The notes beneath the pieces were generated by a model that worked only from the letters and a program-made list of their open reading frames with translations, made no database searches and was not told where the DNA came from. A DNA stretch of 64,000 nt from Camelus ferus (Eukaryota), in the NCBI RefSeq assembly GCF_009834535.1, contig NC_045727.1, forward strand, positions 10,912,001 through 10,976,000, given 5' to 3'. Below are positions 23,182-34,999 of this stretch, piece after piece; the first letter of the stretch is position 1; every line of letters starts with the position of its first letter. A program made the translations under genes and the position numbers.

Positions 23182-25215
23182 ATGAGTGTTTGGCGTATAC
23201 CAAGTGTGAGATCCCTGTGGATGTCACCGCTGGGAGGCAGAGAGCAGCTGGTGGGTCGGGAGGGTTTGGGTTTGGAGGCGGATGGGTGCTGGGGTGCAGA
23301 GGTGGGTTGGGGCCTGGTCTGGGCAGGCCTGCCCGGACATGACAGCCACTGGCTGGCCCTCTCGCCCCAGCGCTCTCCTGCCTCTTGAAGTAACCTGTTC
23401 CTTAGGGTTAGAGAGAGGTTTACTGAGACAGCTGCGTGAGTATGTCTTTGTTTAAAGATGTTTACTTTTTCCAGCAAAATTGGAAAGCTCTTGAATTCAA
23501 AATTTGTTTCTGAGAATCTCACCATGCGTATTTTATCTTCCTGCCCTGAATGTGTGCGCACGGCAGTGGTGCTCACTGTGTCCCAAGAGGAGCCCGGGTA
23601 CGGAGCTGGGAGGAGGGTGGGGTTTGAAGGAGCCCCTCGCAGCAATAATACTGCAGCCTTTTGTCTTCTCTTTCAGCCTTGAAGCAGAAGTTAAGGAAGG
23701 CTGCTTGTGGTGGCTGCCCCGCTCCTCCCGGCCCTCGCCCCAGTGTCTCGTGGTCCAGAGTGGCAGGGCCCCTGCCAAGGGGAGGAGGCCCAGGCTCAGC
23801 GACCACCCGCAGGTGGGGCGAGCCAGATTGCTCCTTGCCCGGTCTCCCTGCTCTCAGGGTGTTGCTCCTGCTTTCACGGGGCTGCTTTGGGTTTTTCAGG
23901 AGGGGCAGGGTGGAGAGTTGGCGATTTCATCTCGGGTTAGGTGATGTTTGGTGTTTAGTGCTGTTTTTAGTGGTTCCAGGTCTGTGTTGGTTGTAGTTTC
24001 TGGTACTTTGTTATCTTGTCAAGATTTTGCTTCTGCTTTTTACAAGCAGGTTTGGAAGAGGGGTGAAGTGCTGTTAGACAGCCCCAACTCTGGGGGGCAC
24101 ATTTGCAGCCAAAGCAGTGACTGGCATCAAATCCAGTGCCTGTGATGGTGCTCCCTCCCTGAGAAGGGACGCTGCCCACACTGTCACAAGTGGGGGCAGC
24201 AGGCGCAGCTCACAAGTGGAACAGCCCCGGAGCCCTTCCTGGATAGTTTGTAGATGTCTCCTTCCCACCAGCGTACCAGTCGTCAGGAACCTGGGCTCAG
24301 GGAAGCGGACCTTACAAAAGGACCAGCACCTGCGTCCGCATCCTCTTCCTGGGGCACTGAACTCTGCAGGCCGTGGTGTAGGTCAGACTGCCATGCACAC
24401 CATGTTCAGATGGAGACAGACACGCATCCCGGAGCCAGGCGGCCGGCCAGGAGCTGACTGTGGAGATGGCAGGAGGGCCCCACTACTCTGGAGTGGGTGG
24501 GCAGTGCAGTCCCTGAAGCCTGTGCCGAGAATTCTCCTAGGGTGACCTGGGGACTGGACCCCTGCCCTGGAACAGCATGCTGTGGTCAAGTTATCAGGGA
24601 CCTGGGTTCAGATCTTGATCTCACCGTGGACTTGTCTGTGTCCTCGCCTTGAGCCTCTGTGTCCTGATTTCTCCAAAGGGCTGGGGGCCTACCACACTGA
24701 GTTAGGGTTGTAGCCAGGTGTAGTGGTCCAGTGTGACTTGGGGTGAGGTCACTGACATACCATTGGCTCCTGGGAGGGGGACGTGTGGGGCTGAGTAGTA
24801 ACTGAAGTAGGAGAATCTGTGTTCTGGGCTCTGTGTTTAGATTTACAGTGTGGTGAGTGGCATTAAAGTCATGATATGGTGTCATTGCCGCCAGCTGCTT
24901 TGTGCAAACTTGCAAAGTGCATTTCTGTCACAGTTCGTCACTTTGATACAGTCACATGAGCAGGAAGTGGCTCTTTCAAATCACTAATGTCCTACCAGTT
25001 GTGTAACTGGTGTTTGAGTGATTCTGTACTTTCCCTCAGACTTTGGGCTCCATCTGCCAGGTTTCGTTTTGCCCAAGCAGGAGGAGCCTAGACCCTGACT
25101 GCTGGGCTGTGCTGGCCCAGGCAAAGACTGTGCACTTCTGCCCTTGCAGTCTTGAGAAGTGCTGTTCGAAGCCTGCCACATCCTCCACAGGTCCTAGTGG
25201 AGACTGGAGGCCCTG

Positions 25216-25247
25216 CCCGGGTCCGGGTCCGGGTCCTGGTCCTGGTC
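25216..25247 (+). repeat. Short hexamer tandem repeat (GGTCCG/GGTCCT)n (copy B ~55529-55560)
   Basis: cccgggtccgggtccgggtcctggtcctggtc. Confidence 0.8.
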
Positions 25248-25894
25248 AATGGGAGCCTGCCCTGCCCTGATGCACTGCTCCACGTGGCTGAGGTCTTCAC
25301 GGAGAGCAGTTGGCTTGGCTCTCGTCCTGGCCTCGCCCTGTGCCCGGTCGGTCTATGACTTGGGCTTCTCCCAGCCTCTTTTCAGCCTTACATCTGTGAA
25401 GTAAAGCTGACCTGCCTGATGTGCCCTCCTCGGGATGCGAGGCTCCAGTCAGGTCCCCGTGAGTGTGGAGCATTGTTTCTCACCCCGCCTCCCCCACCCA
25501 AGGTCTGGCCTCTGCTCTTGGTCTTGCAGAAAGGCACGCCCCTTCCCTGGCATCCCTCCTTTTGGTTCTTTGCTGGGATTCTGACAATGACGATGCCCTC
25601 CAGAGGGGAGTGTGATATGCCCCTGGCAAGCCCCCTTCTTGTGTTTCTTTTCGTTTTCTCTTTTATTTGAGATATAAAGGTTCAGATATTTCTGAAAGCT
25701 TTGTGCTAACAACCGTAAACATATTCATTTCTCGCTGAGGACCCCGTGAGTTCTGGTCATAGGGTGTAAACGCCATGGCCGTGTCATATCTGTGGAAAAC
25801 ACTGGTGCCCTGGCACCCCTAGATTTTAAGAAACGTGGTGATACAATTATGGAAGGGGCTGAAACCAACATTGTTGAGTACCTGCTAGGGGTGC

Positions 25895-26055
25895 CAGCTG
25901 TTAGGCCCTCTACAGGGTACCTTGTAAGGCTCAGCAGGGCCCTGTGAAGTAGGTTTTCTACCATTTTCAGGTAAGATGGAGACTTGGAGCTTCAGGTGTG
26001 AAGAGTGGGGCTAGAGTTGAGCCCAGGCCTGTCTGACTCCAGAAGCCTCTGCTCT
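25895..26055 (-). mobile_element. MIR SINE (copy B ~56210-56370)
   Basis: ccctgtgaagtaggttttctaccattttcaggtaagatggagac...ctagagttgagcccaggcctgtctgactccagaagc. Confidence 0.65.
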
Positions 26056-26322
26056 TTCTAGTCCACTGATGATTTGCTGAAACAACCGCATGCCAAAATA
26101 TATTTCTACAGATAATGTATAAAATAAATGTTGAAGAGAATGGTTGGGGATTGGAGTATTCTGCTTTTATTGCCCATAGGATGCTTCAGAATAGACAGCA
26201 GTAAAATAAACAAGATAAGTCACAGAAAGCACTCACTTTTCAAGAAGAAGTTCTATGTTTCTGTTAGTGTGGACTTGTGATCCGAGGGGTTCCTTGCACT
26301 ATTTCTGTGTGACTGGTCAGTG

Positions 26323-26422
26323 NNNNNNNNNNNNNNNNNNNNNNNNNNNNNNNNNNNNNNNNNNNNNNNNNNNNNNNNNNNNNNNNNNNNNNNNNNNNNN
26401 NNNNNNNNNNNNNNNNNNNNNN
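26323..26422. other. Assembly gap, 100 N (typical unknown-size placeholder)
   Basis: Run of exactly 100 N. Confidence 1.
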
Positions 26423-26512
26423 GAAAGAAGAAAGAAAGAAAGAAAGAAAAAGAAAGAAAGAAAGAAGAAAGAAAGAAAGAAAGAAAGAAAGAAGAGAAAG
26501 AAAGGAAGGAAG
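26423..26512 (+). repeat. (GAAA)n imperfect tetranucleotide microsatellite at contig start
   Basis: gaaagaagaaagaaagaaagaaagaaaaagaaagaaag... directly after the gap. Confidence 0.95.
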
Positions 26513-26899
26513 ACAAAAGGAAACACAAGATATCCCAAAAGGGTAAATAACTACTTCTTAATACAACAGCCAGATTTAAGGAATAAAAAGGATGCCCAGT
26601 TGAAATTTGCATTCCAGGTAAACAACTAATAATATTTTACTATAAGTATGTCCCATACAATATCACATCTCACCTCTCCCCACCTCTACACTGCCCCAAG
26701 CCACACTGCAAAAGTCTCTGTTCCTTTCATGTGTCTCGATTTCTCCTCTCACCTCTGGACTTGAGCACCCAGGGCTCCTGCTGCTTGGGCCACCCTTCCT
26801 CCTCCTCCCCACCTCTGCCTGGAGACCCCTACCCAGCTCAGACATCACCTTCTTCAGGAAGTCCCCCTCCCCCTATCCTGGCAGGAACACCTTATCTTG

Positions 26900-26985
26900 T
26901 TCCTTCTCATAGACCCAGTACCCAGCTCATGCCTGACACCGAATAGGCACTCAATGAAATGTCAAAGGAATGAATGAATGAGTTT
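26900..26985 (+). mobile_element. L2 3' terminus
   Basis: cccagtacccagctcatgcctgacaccgaataggcactcaatgaaatgtc...gaatgaatgaatga is the characteristic L2 end. Confidence 0.7.
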
Positions 26986-27300
26986 CCTCCTTGACTTCCC
27001 TTCCCTCCTGTAGCGACCTACCCCATCTGCTGCTTCTGACACCATGTGTGTTTCATTCATTCCTCATCACAAGGGATGTGGTGCGGGTGGTACACACAAG
27101 TGACAGAGTGGCACTGCAGAAACTTGGCGTTCAGGTCACTCAGTTGGGAAGCAGTTTCTCTTGCAAGAGCAACAGCCCCATCCCAATTGAAACTGCTGAT
27201 AGTGGCTCCCAGTGTTGGGTCCTCACTTAGGGACAGGCAAAGCACTTCAAACACAGAAGCTCGCTACTCTTCATCACCACTCGGAGAGTGGTATGTTACT

Positions 27301-27387
27301 ACCCCATTTCCCTAGATGAGAAAACTGAGGTTCAAAGAGGTTAAGGCCATCTGCCCCAAGTTACACAACTGAGCTGGAACCCAGGTC
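27301..27387 (-). mobile_element. MIR SINE core
   Basis: cccatttccctagatgagaaaactgaggttcaaagaggttaag...cccaagttacacaact. Confidence 0.75.
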
Positions 27388-28269
27388 CCCACCGACAGGC
27401 AAGAACTCAGTGCAGCTCTAAAAACAGCACTATCTGAGTTGAAGGCCCTGCCTTGTGACAGGCCCCTCCCTCACCAGCCACCTCCCCTCTCTTTTGCCCC
27501 TACCACGGCCCCACTCTGAGTCTAAGAGGGCCACCACACTGGGCTGCCATTCAAGCAACAGTTGCTGACACTGAGGACATGGGCACCATGTGAACAGCAC
27601 AGTGGGGGACCCAGCAGACTGTCTTTGATGGGGAGATGCAGGCTGCTCTGCAAGGTCCTAGCAGGGAAACTGACTGCCTGGTTTGCGGGGCCTATGCAGT
27701 GCCACTGCGGGGCACCCTGTCCCTCAGCATCGGCTCCAGCGCCCCTTCTGGCCCAGCGTTCTCTGACTGCTTGCTCCAGAACAGCTGTTCCTACCCTTCA
27801 TCCTAGCTCTGTTTTCCCTGCACCACGTGGACGCCCTTGTTGTTGTTACGGGCTGTGTGGCTCTCACGACACTATGACTTCCGCGAGAAACCAGGAGCAG
27901 CCACTGCCTGTGGCTGCAGCCGGTACCTAGGATGCAGCCAGCTCCGACGTGATTAGTAATGATTTGGTGCGTGAATGAATAGGTGAGACCCCAAGGCCAA
28001 ACAAGTGCGAGGCAGGGCTGAGGCCAGGCAGGGAGCAGCAGATCTAAACTCTGAAGGAAGAGAAGGCTTTCGAGGCACCCAGAGGAGGTGGGGGGTAGGT
28101 GCCAAGGGCAGGGGACCATGGGAAGGTGGTAAGGCCCAGGCCAGCATCCGGGGTGGTAAGCAAATTTTGTGCTGGGGGAATGTGAAGGAGACAGCCCACG
28201 GGTAACCGAGGAGAGGCTGCGGGGAAGGCAGGACAGCCCTGGAACCCAACTGAAGGTGGTGACACTGTC

Positions 28270-28490
28270 ACTCAGCATACAGACAAAGAAGGGTGAAATG
28301 TTTACTGTTCAGTCGGCCACGACATCCTGCTAAGTGGAAGAAGAAGGATCCAAAACAGTATGGAAGATTCACTTAAAAATAAAATAAAATAAAAACAGTA
28401 TGAATGATGTAATCACATTTATGGCTTCTGGAAATTATATGCGTGTTTCCATTCCTATACACGCTTATAAAGAAAGCTGGGGCATAGACC
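28270..28490 (+). mobile_element. Old L1M 3' fragment (degenerate)
   Basis: AT-rich, with resemblance to L1M 3' ends (ctaagtggaagaagaaggatccaaaacagtatg; gtaatcacatttatg). Confidence 0.4.
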
Positions 28491-28939
28491 CACAGGAGGA
28501 GGGGCTTGGGGGAGGGGCAGGAAGGGAGCCTTCAGCTTTAACTCAAGTCCTCCTGTATTGTTGGAATTGTTCCTGCATGTCTATCTATGACTTTTGTTAT
28601 TTTTTTTTAGAAAAATATTTGGGAAGTGAAGAAAAAACAATTTTCAGTGAGGCTGCCTCCCTGTCTGGAAAGCTTTGCCTGCCCCTACTTCTCGCAAACT
28701 CCTCCAGACCCCCGGCTTTCTGCTTCTGACCAACCCCAACCTTGCTCTTCGGTTTCTTGGTTGCCTCCCCCATTAGACTGGCAGGGTCTGTTGTGGGGTC
28801 CACCTGCAGGACGCTGTGGCCCCTGTATCTGGCCCAGGTGAATGGACAGATGAAAGAGGGGCCCAGTCGTCACCTGAGATGGACAGGGTGGAGACCAAGC
28901 CTGGCAGGTCTATGCTTCTGAAGGAAGCCCATGGAATTG

Positions 28940-29055
28940 GACTTGGATCCAAATCCTGGCCATGCCACTGACCCAGACAGCTATCCTAGAAGTGACCTCC
29001 AGCAGCCTTAGTTTTCCCACCTGTAAATGGGGCTGATAGCAGTGTCTACTCAGTT
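28940..29055 (+). mobile_element. MIR SINE
   Basis: ttggatccaaatcctggccatgccactgac...ccttagttttcccacctgtaaatggggctgatagcag. Confidence 0.65.
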
Positions 29056-29986
29056 GGCTTAGGTGGGCAGGCAGAAGCCCAGCGGAGCTTCAGTAGGTGA
29101 GGAGAGGGGAAATGTGGGCAGAGAGCAGTGCCACAGGACAGAAGGGGGAGCCAAGGTGAGGAGATGTCCCATTTAGTTTCCTCTCCGGCAGCTGAGGGGG
29201 CAGCAGAGGAGAGCAGGCCCCTCCAGAATCCCAGTTGGAGGACAGGGTCCTGGGAGCTCTGCCCAGTCGCCAGAGGGCTTGGGGGTGGACCAAGGCTGCA
29301 CAGGATGGGGGGGTGCTTGGAATGCCAAATTCCAGCTTTGCCATTTTCTTTGGGGAGCCTCTTCCTCCCTCCCCAGGGCTAGTGGGGCTCCTGTGCAGTG
29401 GGGGAGGGGCTCCACTCCCTCCTGACCTGAACACCAGGAAGCCCCAGGGCTGTGACAGCCACCTCTGGTCACAGTCACGAGGGAGGCCAGGCCCAGCGGC
29501 CCTTATCTTGCCTGACCTTGTGGGGCTGACCACTCCCTGCTTCTGGAAAATGTGGCCCCTGCCCTCTCTGAGGCCTCTTTCTCCTTAAATCCCAATGGTC
29601 CTGGGGTGGGGCCCTCAGCGCCCAATTCTGCCCCTCGGCCCACCACGCTAGGGTGCCCTCTGCTGGCCCCAGCCCACGCCACCTTCCAGAAACCTTCCCT
29701 GGAGACCCCAGGGCATCTCTGACTCAGCAGTCCAGTCTGTGCCTGCCCTGCTGCCCCATCCCTGCTCCCCACTCCCTGCTCCCCCCTCCCCCACCCTGTG
29801 CAGCTCACAGAGGGCTCTGCTGCCCCAGCCCTAACTACTGGCCACTCCCAGGCACCTCCCGCCCTCCCCCCAGCCAGCTCTACCAATTTGAATTCCTGAC
29901 TGTCCCTCCCTCTGGCCTCCTCCCTAGACCCAGGCCCTGCCCCCAGCAGATAATCTTCCAGATAAGGGCAAGGGGCCAAGGGACAC

Positions 29987-30160
29987 ACCTGGGTTCAGAC
30001 CCCCTGCTTTGCCACCAACTTGTGAACGACCTTGATGAATGACCTCCCCTCTCTGAGCCAGAGTTTCTCCATCTGTAAAAAGGGGAAATAATTATACCCT
30101 CTGGATAGGTTGGCCTCGAGCATACCTGAGCTGAGGCACATGGTGAGAGCCCCACAAAGG
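29987..30160 (+). mobile_element. MIR SINE
   Basis: ctgggttcagacccc...gaccttga...ctctctgagccagagtttctccatctgtaaaaaggggaaataat. Confidence 0.7.
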
Positions 30161-33100
30161 TCAGTTCTCATTGGGAAGTGCAGCCACCAGGTGCCCCAGG
30201 CCAACCATTTTTGCAGGCGGCATCTGGTTTGATGTCTGCCTCACGCTGGATCGGGATTGCCTGCATGGAGGGTGCAGTGAGGAATAAGACCCAGTCTGAC
30301 AGCGGAGGCAGCAGAGTTAATGAGTAATTCCAGAGCATGGGATCATGCCTGCAGGCCATCCGTGTGCCTGGGAGGGGCTGCTGAATCCAGAGAGGGCGGG
30401 TGGGGTGGGATGGCTGCCCACCCCAAAACATGATGGAGTGCAAGCTGGCTGAAGGGCAGAGCAGCTGGAAGGCCAATTTTAGGAAAGAAGAAGAAACTGA
30501 GCAGGAGGGGCCCTGCCCCCAAGGGGGCACCCTCTGACCAAAGAACCGTGATGGAGGGGATGCAGCCAAAGGGTTCCCCCAGGCCAGGGTCAATGTCCTG
30601 AACGCCCAGGCAGGTGGCACAGCCGTCGTCAGGTGGTCAGTTACTCGAGGATCTAGTTAAGGGGAGTTTACCTGCAGGCTCAGGACACAATAGGGTGCAG
30701 CACCCTGTAGCTGGGTATCAGAGGCCAGGGCTCTTGAGAGCAGGGAACCCTCCAAATATAGGCATTCCCTCCCAGCACAGACCCATGGCTGACCCCACTC
30801 ATTACTGGGACTGGGACTGGCAGAGCTGAGCCAGGAGGCTGGCTGGACCTGTGGGGCTGACTGGGGAGTCAGTGGTGTCACTGTGGCCCCAGGAGCCCTC
30901 CATGCCCAGGTTCCTGGAGCCGGCTCCACCTGGCCACATACTTGGTTTCATGAGAACTGAGCTGGCCCCTGAGGGTTCTACCTTAGGTGGAACCCCTGAT
31001 CTCCTGCACACCCCCACCCAGCCTCCAAATCCAACCTCCAAGGGGTGAGACAGGGAAAGAGGGTGTGCCTGAAAGGTAGAATGAGCTTCAAATGGGCCTC
31101 AGAGGTATCTCAACTCCTTCTGTTGTGACCCCCCCCCACCGTGGTGTGCTTAGGAACACAGATTTCACATAAGGACTCTGAAACTGATCAGCTCACCTTA
31201 CATTTGGAAGATGCACATTGGCAGAGGGTGAGGGGGACAGGTCGCTGAGGGGCAGAGGGGGACAAATGGGCTGGTGGCAGGGTCCTCCAGCTGGAGGACC
31301 AAGGGTGAGCTTGGAAAAGGCTAGAGGAGCCGTGACCACTTCATGCTGGTTTACGACAGTGGCTCTTGCTTCCTTAAGTCCCTCTTGCTCTTGGGGAGTG
31401 AGAAGGAAACAAGGTTTCTCATGAGAAGTGATGGGGGAGGGCAGGGGGAGGGCTGGCAAGGTGCTGAGCAGAGGCCCCTGGGCAGAAGTGGCCGGCGCCA
31501 GGACAGGCTCAGTGACCCTTGCTCCAGAACTATCCAGACTCTCCGAACACTGCCCATCTGCCCACTCCATAGCCTCCTTTGCCCTCTGGCCAGTTGGGCT
31601 TCCATCCTCCATCCCGTCCTGGGCAGGCCTGCACAGGCTTTGGGCCTCCAGGTCACCTGGTCAGTTGGGGAGGGGCCTGGTGCAGGCATCTGCCTCTTCC
31701 CAGCTGCTCACCATCGCTGGACATGTGTGGCCTCTCCCTAGCCCCCTGCTTAAAGCCCTCAGGTCCTCAGGGCCCCTGGGGAAGCAAGCTGGGGCCCACA
31801 ACCACCTGCCAAGCTATGGACCCCTGCCACCTCTGTCCTCATCAGCTTTCTTGGTCTTCCTTTGGATCCTGACTCTGGCCCAAGCACTCTGAACACATGA
31901 TCTGCTCAAAACAACCCTCCTGCCCCCAACCCTGCCCACAGATGAGGGAACTGAGGCTCAGAGAGGCCTCCCAAGTGTCTACTGGCAAGCAAGGGTTCAG
32001 ACCCAGTTGGCTGCTCCGTGGCCCTGCCACCTGCAGCCTGTCAGGCGCTACGTTTCTTTATTCAGTCACTGACCCCTCCTGTGACCCCAGGGAAACTGGG
32101 ATTTGCAGGACTGCAGGAGTGAAGTGGAGTCTTTCCTGCAGCTGGGTGTCAGACGTGTCTGGCCCATGTCGGCCCCAGGTCCCTTGGAGGGATGGCCCCT
32201 ATGGGTATGCGGGGGCTCCCTAGGGTGCTCTGAGGAGAGAGGAGAGAGAACAGGGCTGGGTGGGGCCTGAATCCCAGGTCTGCTGGGTCAAAGAGACATT
32301 TCCTGACTTCCAGCTTGCCCAGACCCTGGGGCTCAGGGCCTGAGCAGACAGGTGTGGGCCCAGGTGGGCAGTCCCTGGGGAGCAGCCCTTAGCACACTCA
32401 GGCTGCCCCTGGTGGCAGCATGAGAAAGCTCCTGGGGACCTGGAAGCCCTTCCAGGAGAGGGGGGCCCTGTCCCCAGTCCCTTCCTTCCCTGCCCCCGAC
32501 CCCCATGCTGCTGGTCTCTGAGTTTCCCAGATGTGCAATCACTCATTATTCTCATGCACCTGGACCTCAGCTTTGGCTGTTCCTGCTGCCTAGGATGCCC
32601 CCGTCCTCACCTACCCATCCCCTGTGATCAGGAGAGCCTTCCTCTTCTGCTTGGGGTCCATGTCTGACTCTGTTCCAGGATGGGGCAGCCCAGGGTGTGA
32701 CGTGAGCATCCGGAGCCTGCCCAGGGGCCACACATGGAGGATGGTCAAAAACTACTCTCTCCTTCATTCAGCTTGTATTTACTGAGGATCTACTATGTGC
32801 GGGGCAATGAACAAGCCAGAAAGGTCCCTTCCTTCATGTGGCTTACATCACCTGGCAGGGGGCGATGTGGCTGTGCGGTGGGACATAGAACAAAGGAAAA
32901 CCAGAGGTAACATACCAAGGGTGGGTGATGGCTACAGAGAAAAAGTAAAGCCAAGTGAAGGCTGGAGTGAAGGGTGGGGGTACACACTCATGGCCATGAC
33001 ACAAACTTCTGTGCAGATTTTGGGAAAAGGTGAGCCATCTGGGCTTATGGTCAGGGAAGGAGGTTAAGTAAAAAGGGATGGAACAATGAAGCTAGCATAA

Positions 33101-34999
33101 TTCTTGCTGGGTTCTGTTTGTGGTTCCCATGGAATGACAGCTCCTGTATTCAATTTGGAAAGTGCTGGATTCAGTTTCTATTCTCTTGCTAAATTCTTTG
33201 CCCTTCCAGTGCATGGAAACCATACTGGTGTCCACCCGTAGACTATGAGCAGCCCACCGAGCCTCCCTCACAAGTTGGAGCCCAGGAACTCCTAGCAGTT
33301 TTCTTATTCCTCATCATCCTCTGATGGTTTGAAAAACCATGAAAGCTGAGAAGAGCTGTGAGAATACCCACATTCACAGCAGCTTGATTCACAATTGCCA
33401 AAAAAGTGGAAGTAACCTAAGTGTCCATGGACGGATGAATGGATAAAAAAATGTAGTCCATCTGTATTGAGCTGTAAAGAAGGAAAGAAACTGATACTGG
33501 CTACAACATGGATAGAACTTGAGGACGTTATGCTGGGAAAAATAAGCCAGACACCAAAATTCACTGTGCAAGTTCACTTTGGTGAAGTCCCTAGGGTAGT
33601 CCAATTGGTCCAGACAGAAAGTAGGGGCTGAGGGAGGGGGAAGGGGAGCAGTTGGGTAACAGGGTAGAGTTTCAGTTTTGCAAGATGAAAAGAGTCCTGG
33701 TGATATGTTGCACAACAGTCTGAATGTGCTTAATGCATGTGAACTGTACCCTTAAAAAATGGTTGAGATAGCAAATTTTATGGTACATATATTTATCACA
33801 ATTTTAAAGAAGAGAAACTGAGAGCCAGTCTGGGTTTTCTCCTCAAGCCAGCTGAGGAGCCTCTGAGCCTGACTTCTCACTGTGAGATGTGGTGGTTGCA
33901 TGCGAGAGAGGACCAGAGTGGCCCTGGGTGGACGCCTTCCTCCCTAGTCGTGGCCCGCAGCTTTCGCTCACAAGTGGTCAGTGTGTGTGCACACCACACT
34001 GGTTCCAGTGTTGAGGATAAGGCAGCAGTGAATGTGTCAGGCTGAGGGACCCCCTGGGCCTGCCCTTCCCTTTTCCCATCTCTAGCCCTGGGGACAGGGT
34101 GGTGGAACATTCTAGATCTGATCCACCAAATCCCCAGAGAACCTGCCTGTGGTTCCAATTCTTCCAGCCAGGATGCCCTGGTTGGTTCCTCCTGTCCCCC
34201 AGGAAGGTGGTGCCCTTCCTCTGATAGCAGCGGGGACGTGGGGAAAAGTGGGAGCATCAAGCAGAAGTAGAGAATGAAGACCACCCTTGGTCCCCGCCCT
34301 CCAGAGAGGGCATCCCGGAGGACCATGGGAGGAAGTGGCTCTGCAGTGGTGTGACCTGAAACCAGGGGACCCTCTGGCTTCAGGGGTTCTTCTGTAAATG
34401 GGGTGAATGTGGACATGCCCTCCCAGGGAGGCCCCTCAGAAGTGAGAAGCCCTGGGGAAAGGGGGCCGTTACTAATGTGGGGAGTGGGGCCCCCAGCTGG
34501 GGGGCTCTGACCCCACCCTCCACAAAGGGCTGAGCCCTGGCGCACAGCCCACCTGTAGTGATGCCCGGCTTCTCAGCTCTGACTCTCTGCTGGACCCTCA
34601 GACACTGAGCTGAGCCCCCTAAAGATCATGACCCCCAACCTCCATCGGGAACATGTGTCTGCAGCCCTCGAGGGCCCTGCACAGACAGTGAGGAGAGGCA
34701 GGCTTGTTTCCCTGCTTGCACTTTTGCTTCTAAAATATTCTTTTTCTTTTTTTCCATGAACATTTTAATGAGGAGTTGAACATAAGATAGAAAAATAACA
34801 TTCAGGTCACTTTTTTTCTTTTTAAGAGGCGGCTTTTCTTGAGATGTTCATACAAGGCAATGGGTGAATAAGGCTAAACTCCTAAGGAGAACGCCTACTG
34901 ACAGATTGCAGAGAGAGGCACTTCTCCAAACACCCGCCACGGAGACCGGCCTGCCCACCTCTCAGGGGGCTGCTGGCTTTCTTTTGGAAGCAACTCAGT

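Larger units (their letters stand above)
1..26322 (+). repeat. Copy A of ~30.3-kb-spaced direct duplication
   Basis: Matches ~30310-56638 at an estimated >99% identity (by eye). ORF-track offsets stay at 30301-30317 throughout. Confidence 0.98.

Noticed and set aside
23678-23811. Possible cryptic UBE2L3 exon (strong pyrimidine tract + CAG, GTGGGG donor)
   Set aside because: 134 nt would shift the frame, the donor is weak, and the sequence alone gives no conservation or expression evidence.
28352-28402. 11-bp direct repeat AAAACAGTATG around a 29-bp A-tailed insert
   Set aside because: Both halves resemble ordinary L1 sequence in an AT-rich fragment, so it cannot be distinguished from chance or local duplication.
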